From contig NC_087436.1 in NCBI RefSeq assembly GCF_036321535.1, forward strand, positions 42,224,001 through 42,288,000: a stretch of DNA of 64,000 nucleotides. Direction: 5' to 3'. Shown piece by piece: positions 12,620 through 25,313 of the stretch. The notes under the pieces were generated by a model. It saw only the letters and a program-made list of their open reading frames with translations, was not told where the DNA came from and made no database searches. Position 1 is the first letter of the stretch. Each line of letters starts with the position of its first letter. The position numbers and the translations under genes are program-made. The stretch comes from Camelus dromedarius. Its lineage: Eukaryota.

Positions 12620-14570
12620 CTTTTGCCCGGTCGCACTGCATATATTTGCGCCCTCCGATACGGTTTTCCTGGCACAACCCCAAACTACGCATCCCAGGCC
12701 CCCTCGCCGCTCCTCCAGCCCGAGGAAGGCGCCCGACTTCCTGCAGCGCGTCCTTCTCTCACCTCCTCTCTAACCCTCGGGTCCCGCACACGCTCCTCTA
12801 AAGCAAGGGCAAGCCATATGGTTCCCACATCCACGCCCACGACCCTGCCACCACTGTCCATTCCTGGCGGTCCCACGGGCATGGGGGCACGGAATGATCC
12901 TTGTGTCCGTGTGCGTGCAGCCCCAAGACACTCCCCACCCACAACGCACCCAGGTCTAGCTCCCCCTCTGAGAGAGGACGAAGAGAGGAGAGTTGGAGAG
13001 TTCCCGACGCACCTCCCGGTCCCTCATCCCTGGCCCGCAGCAGGCTCTGGCCTTGGGGCTCCGCGGTGCCCATCCCTCCAGGGTCAAGTGCAAAGTCCTC
13101 GGCCACATCCGCGCCAGGTTATCCCCTCTCTCCACCTGCACGCACGAACGCGAAAGGAACCTCAAACGGGTGCCATACGGGACGCAAAGGAGCGCGAGAG
13201 CGATCGAAGCAGCCTGGAAATACCTCCTTTACACCCCGCCCCACCCCCCAGTCTTTCTCCCTACTCTCCCCCCCACCCCATTCCCTAACTCCCTCAGCCC
13301 AACCCCATCTGCACTTTCTGATCCCTACCCCCAACCCCTGGCTCGCGGCCATTCGCCAAGCACTCACCTCCAGGAGCAAACAACGCCCCTCTCCTGTCAG
13401 CCCGCCTCCCTACCGTGCGGTGGAACGGCGTGGTCCCTCCGCTTACCTCGGCTCTTGGCTGCTGCGCGTGAGTTTGAGTGTGTCTCCGCCGCGTAATTGT
13501 ATCCGGGGACAGAAGGGACCCGTGTTCGTGCGCTGGATCAGGTGTCGCCGCCTCCGGTGGTTTGGGGGCGTGAGGGAGGATGCAGAGTTAGTGTGTTAGC
13601 TTAGGACAGACTCTCTGGGCTCACAATTAATGGCAAAGCTTTAACTGTGCCCTCCCTCGGGTCCGCAGCGCGCCTGCTCCTCCGCCGCTCCCCGCTGGCG
13701 GCCCGGCCCCCCCCCGCTCCCCAGCCGCGCCCCGCCCCGTGCGCGGCTTGCTGAGCAGGAGCGCGCCGCTCTCCTCCCGCGTCTGGCTCAGCGGGGCACG
13801 ACGCGGGCCGCCACGCGCTCAGCCTCGCATCACACGCCTGGAGCTCCGAGCGTCTCCTGCTCCCTCGGCTGGGGCATGGATGCGGACGCGCCTTCGTGCC
13901 ACGAGCTCGAGGGCTGACCGAGGAGCAGTGTCCTGGGACGGGGATGCTTGAAGGCGGATTGGCGGTCGGCGGGCAGACTGGGACGCTCGCGAGCCTCCGG
14001 TCGCGCCAGAGCTGGGAACCCTGGGACTGGCACGTGGCCCCGCCCCCTGTTAGGCTTGCGCTGTGCCCTCTCTGCCACCTCCTGTCTGGTCCCCGTGCCC
14101 GCCTTTTTCATCCCACCAGTGCCGCGCGAATTTGCGTGGTGTGGTTGTGGCACGCCCTCTCTACCTTCGCAGGCTCTTAGTTTGCCTCACTTCTCCCAAA
14201 CCCATTAAAAAGTTGAACTTGGGCTAGGTGGAGGAGATACGCGAAGGAAAGGAGTGTAGGGGGCGCTTAGGTGATCAGCCAGCCACCTGCCTCGTGGATC
14301 GGAAAGCGTTAGAAAACGCGAGTTTGGGGATCCCTGAAGAAGGAAATTGGGTGGCTGGGCTCAGTAACATCCCTTCTCGCAGGCTCTTGCTGAAAGGGCC
14401 ATTTATGCTTTGCTTGTTTGAGTCTGTGGCGACTTTATCCTGACTAATCTGTGTTGCCAGCAGCGGATCCTTGCCAAGTTGGCGTCCCCGGCAGGAAGCA
14501 ACTTTGCGTACCCAGGCCTGCTGGAGCAGCCTTGCTGTGGTGGCTCTGACCCGAGAGGCCAAGCGCCTTT
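12620..14570. promoter_or_regulatory. CpG island / TATA-less GC-rich promoter
   Basis: Sharp rise in GC and CpG against AT-rich, CpG-poor flanks. GC boxes GCCCCGCCCC at 13729-13738 and 14037-14046, E-box CACGTG at 14031-14036, E2F-like GCGCGAA near 14124-14130. Confidence 0.93.
13447..13690 (-). other. UGT8: Non-coding first (5' UTR) exon of a minus-strand gene, probably UGT8 (UDP-galactose:ceramide galactosyltransferase); TSS approximate
   Basis: Lies inside the CpG island just downstream of GC boxes. Ends in donor CGAG|GTAAGC (intron begins 13446). No ATG on the minus strand. Its 3' end ACACACTCAAACTCACGCGCAGCAGCCAAGAGCCGAG resembles my recollection of human UGT8 exon 1. The gene name is unverified recall; the exon structure is better supported than the name. 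Confidence 0.55.
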
Positions 14571-17500
14571 AAAAGTCTGACCATAGAGAGTGAGCTGCCT
14601 GGAAACTAGGAAAATCTAACAGTGTTGTTCGCTTTCGGTTTGAGTATAATTGGCAATATGTTCGATAAATATGTATACGACATCAGCGGAATTATGTTCC
14701 AACTTTTAGAAAAGCAAAAATCATGTCATGTTGGGTGTTAAGCTCCAGAAGCTAAGAAGCAGCCACTGCATGTCAACGTTATACTTTTAAACACTGGAAA
14801 ATAAAAAATGCCAAGTCAGACCATTCTTTCCTTTCTCGAAACCGAATTTCAGAATTATGACCTTAGAAAAGAAAACGGAAATCATGTTTTATGTATATAG
14901 AATTACTTAATGATAAATGGAGGAAAAACTAACATACACTGTTATCCACATTTTATTTATGTTTCTGTGTTTAATAAGTGAAAGGTCCACAGTCCATAAA
15001 GAATGATAACGGATAGACTTCCAAACGTGGATTTCAAAAAATTTTGTGATTACCTTCTTTGCAAATTAGAAATCTGAAATATTGTGAAAAACACAGGGAG
15101 TTATTTTTTCAGCCTTTGTACCTGACCTAAGGAGATTTCTATCTTCTATATTTTAAAATTTAATTTCATTAGAAAAACCTAAAACATAAACACAGATAGC
15201 AATCCGACATAAATGAATGTAAGCATTCACTTTAAAAGCTCTGTTCTCTCAAGGGTCAAGTTTCAAGCAATTGCAAGCTATTTTTTTGGATAATGCACTT
15301 ATAAATTCTTGATTAAAAAAAGATTATTAGAAACTAAGCAAAACTCTAACTTTTATGAACATCTTTTTAAAATTGGTGTCATGCTTAATCAAGTCGTGCA
15401 AATTGACCATCATATAAAATTTTTGTCAGACTTTTGGAAAGAAAATGCATTGCTCTATTATGTGTGGATATGTCCATGTTTATTGTTTCTTTGGTTTCTC
15501 TGTTGCCTCCCACAGTCTTTATGTAATGATTATTGAATTTCCCACAGCTCTGCACACAAAGGACATTCCATAACTTAAAGCAAGTTAAGTCAATCATTGT
15601 GTAAATAGTTGAATTGCATTTTTGGAGTTTCTAGAGCTGTGGAAGTGATGCAGAACTTCTAGATTCTCATCAAAGATACATTTTTTTAAAAACTGTCTAA
15701 AGGAATATCTGATATAAAGAGCCCCCCCCCCCAAAAAGCTTGTATTTTTAATGTTGGTTACATGATAGTAGACATAATGAGTGGTATAAACTAATGAGCT
15801 TATATGTCCTTCTAAAGCAGTATTTCTTTACATGATTAGAAAAGATCATTAATAAAGCTTTGCTCTCTAATCTAGTAGCCAATAAGTTAAATCTTTTAAA
15901 ATAATTTCCAAAACTTCATGATGAACCCTGTTCAGACTTAGTTGTTGAAAACTTGTAGAGATAGCAAATCCTTTCAGATCTGGAAAGTTTGCTCTACTGG
16001 ATTCTTTTATAGCCCTATATTGAGTCTCTGTCAGTGATACCACCCAAGACTTTGAAAGAAAGTAAGGTGGTACTACCTGACATCAAAGCTAAGGCTGTGT
16101 TCACTGTAGCTTCCTTTCCCACCAATTTTGCAGGTTTGACTTATCACAGCCTTTCTATGTTCAGCCTGTAATGCCTCTTGGGAATAAAGAGCTTTATATT
16201 ACAGTTATGGCACCATAATTTATTTGACCTAAATACCCTGCAAGCTCCAGGCAATACCAGCTAGTTCTAATATTCCAGCGCTAGGTGAATTAGGTCATGT
16301 TCACCATATCTACTTTATACCTTTATACATACCAATCTTCATCTATATCTTTTTATTAATCACCCTTGTACAATAGTTCTCAGATTCACTGAACAAAATT
16401 CTAAAATGTCAAAACTTTGACCTATATTACATCCCCCTGGTACCATGGTCTGGGTGCTTCCCAAAGCAAATATTAATTTATCTGCCTAGTCAACTTGCAT
16501 GTATTGGGAAAATTAAAAAAGAACCCCAGAATGCACAGTTCTTTTTTTTTTTTTTTTTTTTGGATTATATCCTCCACCTTTTTACAGAAAGAACTAATTG
16601 TATTATTTTCAGAAAAGATGTACGTGACTTGCACTGGCAGATTGGTATAAGCAATATTTTGTGACTCTTATTTCATACAGTTACCTTAAAATCATGATGC
16701 TTAAATAGTCACTTTCTCAGTCTTTAACTTCCAAATGAAACTATTAAGTATAGTTTTGTTCGTAAGTGTCAGCCCTAAGCCTGACCCTCCCAAGGTCTGC
16801 AAAGAAAGTATGTTTCTGTATCAATGAAAAACAATAAACACTGAGGACTTTGCCCCTGGTGTTCAGACCTATCATTATGTCACCTATGTGTATTTTATTT
16901 TATGGTTGGAGTCCCGTTTTGAGTATCTATTTTCTTGCCTTGTTCATTCATTGTCCCCCTTACTTTTGTGTAATAAAGAACTATGGGGTAATGAATAAAC
17001 TATCTGAAGGGGTATCTCATAAACAGGGCAATCCAGGTAGAGAAAAAAAAAAAAAACCTAGTCAGTGACAGCATTATTTTATAATGTGAGGATATCAGGA
17101 TTGTGTGGTTCCTTTCAGAGTGTAATTAGAAGTTGAGGTTCTTACTGTAAAGCAGATACAGACTACTTTTAAAATTGTTTTTAAAATGTGATGGCTAATT
17201 TTAAAATGCCCCCAATTATATTAAACGATTTCCTATCCTTTCATAGCCAAAAATAATCCTCTCTACCAGACAGACCATCTTCCTCAAACCATTTGGTTAA
17301 ACCATTAAAACATACCTAGGGTTTCAGAAACCTGCCCTAACCCTGATCAGATAGAAATTTTTGATAGAGTAAGATGACTTCATAAGTTGATGCTTTTGCA
17401 GAACCTCTTGTTTCAAACAAAAATGTGTGCCTCTTAAATATAAAAGGAAAAAACACACCGATTAGACATAGAGGAAGTAAGACAAGGTAAACATCATTCT

Positions 17501-17602
17501 GGACTAGAAATAGAACTGAAATGCAAAGCAGGGAGCCAAGCTGAGGCCAAGAGCCAGTGTCTGGGACTGGACAGCAGTGGTGGTCTTGGGACTAAAGGTG
17601 CC

Positions 17603-18263
17603 TGTAACAGACAGACCCCAGGGTAACCCCATGATTCTCACCTCCTGACATCATGATCTCTCTAATTCCCTCCCTTTGTGTGTGGCTGGGACCTTGACTT
17701 GCTTCTGGCCACGAGAACATGGCAAAGGGAAAGGGATTTTTCATACACAGTTAAGGCTCCAAATCTGGATTTTTCATACACAGTTAAGGCTCCAAATCTG
17801 GTGATGTTGAATTAATCCGAAGGGAGAGTATTCTTTGTGGATATGACTTTAAGTGTATCAGGTAAGAAGAGGTGCCGGGCTCTTCCTGAGAAGAGAGACT
17901 CTCCTTGCAGGCTTGATGAAAGAATCTGCCATGTTGGGGAGTCCTCGTGGCAAAGAACTATGGGCAGATTCTAGAACCTAAGAGTAGCTTCCGACCAACA
18001 GCCAGCAAGCAGTTGGGGTGTTCAGTCAGACAGCTGCAGGGACATGAATTCTGCAAACAACCGAATGAACTTTAAAGAAGATTCTTCCCCAGACAAAAGG
18101 CAGCAGCCTGGCCAACATCTGGCTTGTAGCCTAGAGAAACCCCTGTCTCAGGTAACCCATGCTCACATTCCTGACCCATAGCTGTGAGATAATAATTGTG
18201 TGTGGTTTAATCTGCTGAGCTGTGGTAATGTGTTATATTATAGGGCAATAGATCACTAACTCA
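17603..18263 (+). mobile_element. MaLR solo LTR (MLT1E/F/G-like)
   Basis: TG...CA ends; 'gacttgcttctggccacgagaacatggcaaagg', 'aacagccagcaag', and 3' 'gctgtgagataataattgtgtgtggtttaa...gcaatagatcactaactca'. Confidence 0.85.
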
Positions 18264-20656
18264 GTATGCCCACAGGAAGAAGATGAGGCCAGAGTCACTG
18301 CTTGTAATAAAGGGGGTGGGGGGAGAGCAGGACTCCCACAGATGTGAATGGGTCTGAATAAAAAGGTGGGAGACCTGGCTCCACAGAAAACAGTGGCTAT
18401 GGGGGTGTGAGGACCCAAAACTAGGACTCAGATTGAGTTGCTAGTTGACTCTATTTGAGGGACTATCAAAAGAAGTAAGAAAAAAATAGCTAAAAAATGG
18501 ACCTTTGGTAGCCTCAATATCTCCCCAGAGCGCAAGACTTAAAATGCTGTTATAAATCTTGGTCCTAGATTGGTGGTTCAGGAGTGCCAGGTGAAGGCAA
18601 CCAGGGACACCAGAGAACTGTTAGACAAGAAAGGCAAGACCAAGAGAAAAAGTTATCCCTCTTCAGTCAAGATAAAATATGTACTAAGATCCAGAGACAC
18701 ATGAAGAACTCTAATGTTAAAACAGGCAAACAAACAAAAACCACAGTGCTGCAGGCATGAATTCTTTGTAAATATTAATTTTATGGAATCACTTGATGAA
18801 GGCTTTAAAATATACTTAATAAAGAAATAGCATCTAATTAAAAATCTTAGGAAGCAACTTCCCTGTATGTACTTCCCACAGGCTCTGATGCCGAAGTAGA
18901 ATTAAAAAGTATGATGCTGCATGACCACAACTAGCCAATACATAGCATCATCACTCAACTGTGCTAACATGAAGTTTTGGAAATTTCCAGCTAAGTGAGT
19001 TGGCCTTCTGAAAAATTTGGAGCCATTCCCTACATTTCCCTCTAATGCTTTTTCCAAAGTTGTGTGTTTTATAACCCAGAAGTTCAAGCTAATTTTTTTT
19101 CACTGCTAATTGCTAATTAAATATCTACTGTCAACTTATGGAATCTTAAGTTTGGTTCATATTCTTGGAAATCCATACACACTGGATTTTCATGACACAC
19201 TGAGAGAGAAAGACCTTGGTGAGGAGGCCTTAAAGTTTTCACATAGTGGATACCAAATATCTACTAAATTCACTTATAAACATCTATTGACAATATTCTC
19301 TTTTAATTCAAAGATGTTGATACTGGTCTTTGCCCTCAAACAGCTCACAGTTTATTGAGGGGATGGGGGGGCAGGAAGAGGGATGGGGAGAAGAGAGAGA
19401 GAGAGAGAAATAGAGGGAAGAGCAAATTATTGTTATGCAGGGAAAAAAAGCCAGCAGAGCTTACCAGCAGGTAATATAGGACTAGAGCCTGAGAAATAGC
19501 TGAGAAGGCTTTCTTGAGAAAATGACATTTGAGCAGAATGTGATAACTAATTTATTTGCAAGCTAACCAAAGCTACCATTACAATTTGATCTCCCTGAGA
19601 AAAGGGATTTTGATTTTTATATTCATTATGTCTTCAGCACCCAGAACACTACCTGGTTCAGGGTATGCTAAAAATCATGGTGTTAAATGGATTTAATAAA
19701 TGAGTGGCTGCTTAGCACCAGAATGAAAATATTTTCTCTCCAGAGAGCTGAATCATATCTAAATACAGGTGACAGTTCCTGACACCACTGCTTCTCACAT
19801 AATTTCACATAGAGCTAGGTTCAATCTGATTAAATAGGTGACTCCGGTCTTAGATATATCCAATTTCCTCGGGGGCACTGAAGAATTCTGGGAAACAGGA
19901 AGGATCTGATAATAAGAACAAATAACTTTCAAAAAATAGTCTGAAGTTGAGAAAGAGGAAAGCAGACCACTAAAATCCCCACTCCTCCAAACACACAGAT
20001 TTACATGGCCTGCTGGGCTGGACCAAAATTCAACAAATCTATATGATAAAACCTCACAGAACACCTTCTTGGATCAACTGAACAGAAATAGAATGAAGAA
20101 CAAATGAAAACAGATTGCAGAAGTTCAGCATGCTTTTTGCAATACAGTCCAAACTGACTGTATCCCAGTGTAAAATCTTCACTCCAGGCAAAACCAAACA
20201 GTCTTTAGACTTCAAGATATGGATGTGTGCTATGTGGGAGATATTACATTATAAATACAGAGAGTTATAGAATATACTCTTCTCAGTTTTCATTTTTTAA
20301 AAAATCCTAGCCATCACTGAAATGTTCAGTCCATTGTGAAGCATCCCTGAAAAATATCTCTCCTTCCCTCCTGCACCCATGGTTCTTTGGACAGGGTTTT
20401 CACTTGACAGGGTCTGTACTTATTTATGTACATCTCAAATTCCTATTAGAATGTGAGTGCCTTGTGCATATTAACTATATCTTTTCATTCTTATATCTGA
20501 CCTCATATCTTCTAACTTCCTCTTACACACAGATAGGATAGGGTAGACAATGAAACATATATATTTATACACATTTGTTGAGTGAATTCAGAAAGAAAAC
20601 TGTAACCTAACATACTTAGAGAAAACACATACTTGAAATTTTCTAAAGAGGAATCC

Positions 20657-21648
20657 TGATCTCCAGAATATATAAGCAGCTCATATGACTTAATAAGAAA
20701 AAACAAACAACCCAATCCAAAAATGGGCAAAAGATCTAAACAAGCAATTCTCCAAGGAAGAAATACAAATGATCAATAGGCACATGAAAAAATGCTCAAT
20801 ATCACTAATTATCAGAGAAATGCAAATCAAAACTACAATGAGGTATCACCTCACACCAGTCAGAATGGCCATCATTCAAAAATCCACAAATGACAAATGC
20901 TGGAGAGGCTGTGGAGAAAAGGGAACCCTCTTTCACTGCTGGTGGGAATGCAGTTTGGTGCAGCCACTGTGGAAAACAGTATGGAGATTCCTCAAAAGAC
21001 TAGCAATAGACTTACCATATGACCCAGGAATCCTGCTCCTGGGCATATATCCAGAAGGAACCCTACTTCAGAATGACATGTGCACCCCAATGTTCATAGC
21101 AGCACTATTTACAATAGCCAAGACATGGAAACAGCCTAAATGTCCATCAACACATGACTGGATAAAGAAGAAGTGGTATATTATACAATAGAATACTATT
21201 CAGCCATAAAAACTGACAACATAACGCCATTTGCAGCAACATGGATACTCCTGGAGAATGTCATTCTAAGTGAAGTAAGCCAGAAAGAGAAAGAAAAATA
21301 CCATATGAGATCGCTCATATGTGGAATCTAAAACAAAACAAAACATAAATACAAAACAGAAACAGACTCATAGACATAGAATACAAACATGTGGTTGCCA
21401 AGGAGGTGGGGGGTGGGAAGGGATAGACTAGGATTTCAAAATGTAGAATAGATAAACAAGATTATACTGTACAGCACAGGGAAATATATACAAGATCTTA
21501 TGGTAGCTCACAGAGAAAAAAATTTGACTATATATATATATATATATATATGTTCATGTATAATTGAAAAATTGTGCTCTACACTGGAATTTGACACAAC
21601 ATCGTAAAGTGATTATAAATCAATAAAAAATGTTTAAAAAAATAAAAG
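20657..21648 (+). mobile_element. 5'-truncated young L1 (ORF2 C-terminus, 3' UTR, A-rich tail)
   Basis: ORF 20769-21191 encodes L1 ORF2 C-terminal motifs ([45 protein letters not shown]). TSD TAAAGAGGAAT at 20644-20654 and 21649-21659. Confidence 0.97.
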
Positions 21649-21974
21649 TAAAGAGGAATTCATAAAGCAATACTGATACAGCATTTATGCATGACAATGT
21701 AAGAAATAAAAATTAACTATGAAAAATAAAAGGTGATATAAAAAGCATGATATAATGTTAAGAATACTCACTGACATTGGTAGACATATATTTTATCAAA
21801 ATCGGGGGATGTATGCTAGATATTTTCTTAGGGAAGACTATAGCTCCATTTCTGATAGCTCTAGAATCAATAGCACTTACACATCAGCAAAATGCCTTTT
21901 TAATGATCACCCAAGGGCTACTGCTCATTCCTTAAATCAGTTAGGAGGACTTTATCTAGAAATATTGCACCCCC

Positions 21975-22437
21975 CACCTATAGTGGCCTAATCACTAAGG
22001 TCTTTATCTCATATAATAAGTAGACTAGAGGTTGGTGGTACCAGGTTTGGTGCAGTGATTCAATGGTGCCATCAGGATTTGGGCTTTTTCAACCTTTCTG
22101 CTTTCATGGTTGCAGCACGGATGACAGGGCTGCACATCCAGTATCCCAAGTAAGAAGGCAAGGAGTAGACAGACACTAAGGCTTTCTCCTTGAGTACCTT
22201 ATTTATGAGGAATATGTTTCTTGGAAGACATTTCTCAGCGTATTTATTCTTACTTCTCATTGGCCAAGCTGAGTTACGAGACCAATCACTGACAAAGAGA
22301 AAAGGTATTACTATGATGTGTTTAGACCAGTTAAAATTCACCCAGTAGAGCTGGCACATCACTGTCTTAAAAAAAAAACTGGGATTCTGTTAACAAAATA
22401 TTAACTCTTGCAAAGGAGATCACTAGTATCTGTAACA
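21975..22437 (-). mobile_element. MaLR LTR (MLT1K/J-like)
   Basis: 'tctcatataataagtagactagagg', 'tctcattggccaagctgagttac', 'aaaactgggattctgttaacaa'. Confidence 0.7.
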
Positions 22438-23043
22438 TAACATGAAACAGTCTCCATAATCATTATGACAGAGACAGTAGACTTCTGTTAGCCTTGCTTT
22501 TCATTAATTAATACAAATATCTGAAAATCCTTTATCATTTTATTATTGAGTTGAAACAATGTTTTCAAAGCTTGGATGAAGTGGCAGTAAGATCTGTGTT
22601 AATTTATAGGATCTGTAAATCACTGTAAATAGCAGAGAGAATTTTAACGTTTTAACTCACAGGGCCTAATGAAGTATCGTAAGTTAATGGAACAGATTGT
22701 TTTAACAAAAATACCGGAACTTAAGACATCCAAATGAATCATTTCCTACAAAGTACTTACCTTGGGAAACTGTACTTGTCTACGGTAGCCACGGGTAAAG
22801 AAAGCTAGAACTAATCTTAAAGGGTTGCCATCAAGGCCTGTGGTACAACTCTTAGGAGAATTTTCAATAATAAGAAATCTTTGTCTTTTGTGAATGAATT
22901 TGCTTGTTGGAAATAAATGCCATTCTGAGCCAAGCCTGGTGAACTGGATCGAGTCAAGATGGTAAGGTCCTATTTTGGTCAAGAAATAACACGATGAAGA
23001 AACATCTTATGCAAAAGGAAAATCAAAATGAAGTTGGTATTGG

Positions 23044-23433
23044 TGAGAGAGCTCTGTTAAAATGGAGCTGGGAGGCCACTGAGGAAGTATGACTTATGCA
23101 CATCTCAGAATCTGACTTTTAGACCACTTATTTTCCTAACGAAGGCATCCAGAACATCTGCCAGAAGCTCAAGACACTTATTAGACCCTAAAATTACTCC
23201 TGATTCCTTAAGGGCCAATATTTCCTGACTTATGTCAAAGTCAATCACAGTTCTTGCCAGACAAATTTAACAACTTTGTGGCTTTTGTCTTTATAAGACC
23301 CTAACTCTTTCTCTTCTCTGGAACACTCATTCAGATTTTTCCTAAATCCATGTCTCTTGAATTATGATTCTTAAGACACCAAATAAAGCTCTTTTGTTCT
23401 TTGTAGCCTTGATACTGATTATTGTTTGAGACA
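23044..23433 (+). mobile_element. ERV1-type solo LTR, subfamily unassigned
   Basis: ~390 bp, TG...CA ends, 5' 'ttaaaatggag', TATA-like 'ctttataag' near 23290 and AATAAA near 23382. TSD not recognisable. Confidence 0.65.
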
Positions 23434-23739
23434 TATGTTTAATGTGGCTTGTCAACCTGCTCTAGAAACAATTCCAAGTGGGAAATTCCAAACCTAGTTT
23501 GAGAAATGGAAACATAATTGAAGGGCATCCCAAAACATAGTTGAAGGACGATCTTTAGGCAGTTACATTTGAAAGTATTTTTAAAATGAATTTGTACATG
23601 TATATTCACCTTCAAATCAAATAAATTTTTAATAATATTAGCCTCAAATATATGCTTCAATATAATTTTTTTGAAAATATGTCTTTGAAGTGAGATTCTC
23701 AATTTTTAAAGACATTTACCCTGAGTGCTTAGGACATAA

Positions 23740-23882
23740 AGGGGTGGAGGTATAGCTAAGGGGGCGGGGTATAGCTCAGTGATAGAGTCCACGCTTAGCA
23801 TACATGAGGTCCTGGGTTCAATCCTCAGTACCTCCACCTAAAAACAAACAAACAAACAAACAAAAAACCCAAAAAGCTTAAA
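23740..23882 (+). mobile_element. tRNA-derived camelid (Vic-1-type) SINE with duplicated 5' head
   Basis: A box 'tagctcagtga', B box 'ggttcaatcc', (CAAA)n tail. TSD CTTAGGACATAA at 23728-23739 and 23883-23894. Confidence 0.92.
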
Positions 23883-25259
23883 CTTAGGACATAATAGGCA
23901 GTTGATAAATACTACTGGATACTGGAGTGATTCAGTCAATCTCAAATAATAGGTTGAAAAACACCTGCTTGGAAATGGTAATTTTTTATATTTCGATTTT
24001 ATGAGTATTTTCTGGTAGTAAATGCAGTCTTACTATGGACAAAGAGTATCTGGAAACTGAGCTCATAGAGAAGCAGCCCACTTAAGTGTGCTGTAATAGA
24101 ACCTATTACTGTTGTATTCAAAGATACATTCCGGTGGAAGAAGCCTCATAATATGGAATAACTGCCTAAGCTTTTAGCAGCAATACAGATGACATAGATC
24201 CTGGATTGCAAACCTGACCACGGATTGGCCTGCAACAGAGGTTGCAACTACTGAAACATTACAAAATAAGTAATCAAAGTAGTTGGCACAGCTCTAACGA
24301 TTTAAGTGCTTTCATTTCCCCTGTAGATGTCTTAATTACTGAATTAAGCAATTAGAAAATCAATAAAGTCATTTAGAAATTTAGGTATCTAATTATTAGT
24401 CTTACTAGTACTTTATGGAAATTACCCTGAAGTAGCAGTAACTAGTTTACCTAACAAAATGGTTGGGTTTAATTTTAACTACACCTGTAAGAAGGGAAAT
24501 TAGTCCACAAAGAGAAGGACTTTTAGTACATGTGAGTGTGCCTTCTAGCTGTGGAGCTACTCCTATCTTTAGCTGAGTACACGACAAGAACAGACAAATA
24601 CAGAATAGTGAAAGATGGTCAGGTGTTTTGAAAGTGTAACTGACATAGTATCTTAGTGTACAATACTTATATTAATTCAATGACTATTTATTCTATCTTA
24701 GTGCAAAAATTCTTCATCATAGATTTTGTTTGCCTTTGACTTGTTGCATTTCTCTTTGTTTTCCCCCCAACATTTTTTTAACTTTCCAATTTATATAGAA
24801 ATATAGTGTGTACATAATACATATTAAATATATGTATGTCACATCACTCTGGATGTGTATTTTTTTATCACCTTCAATTCATGACTTCCTTCAAATTGCT
24901 GCCCTTGATACAATACAAATGTATGAAGAGCTGGAAACCATACTAGATTGTATATTCCTGAGGAATCATGCCTTACTCCGACATTTCCCAGAAAGGATGC
25001 TTGGCACATGCTTATTATCTATTGATTTACTCTGGAAGGGGAGATACGTGTCCTCTCTTGGCCATCTCTCTATTTGTGTGACTTTGGAAAAATAAATTTT
25101 CTGAGCCTTTTTCCTTATTTGATTACTGAACAATTTATGGTTATTCCATATATCCTAAAATTAATCTCATTCTGCGTAGGAATGCCATCTCTACTGGAAT
25201 TAAGGTGTCAGGAATCTCTGTGTTTTCCAATTATTCCCCTTCAAGCTAGTTTCTGCTGG

Positions 25260-25261
<2 letters not shown>

Positions 25262-25308
<47 letters not shown>
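25262..25308. repeat. (AC)23 microsatellite
   Basis: Perfect dinucleotide run read directly. Confidence 0.98.

Positions 25309-25313
<5 letters not shown>

Larger units (their letters stand above)
1..13446 (-). other. Intron 1 of the minus-strand gene, continuing past the window start
   Basis: Starts at the GT donor at 13446. AT-rich with ancient repeats; no recognisable coding exon down to base 1. Confidence 0.6.

Noticed and set aside
12602..14562. Long overlapping ORFs (up to 232 aa) in the CpG island
   Set aside because: High GC suppresses stop codons. The products are Pro/Arg/Ala-rich, occur in several frames on both strands, often start at non-ATG codons and resemble no protein I know.
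16760..17010. Possible very old LTR remnant with several AATAAA motifs
   Set aside because: No termini, TSD or family could be recognised; needs a Dfam search.
20769..21191. 140-aa ORF and similar ORFs at 48647, 50534, 54596, 55114 and 55293
   Set aside because: Fragments of L1 ORF2 or its antisense frame inside truncated elements, not host genes.
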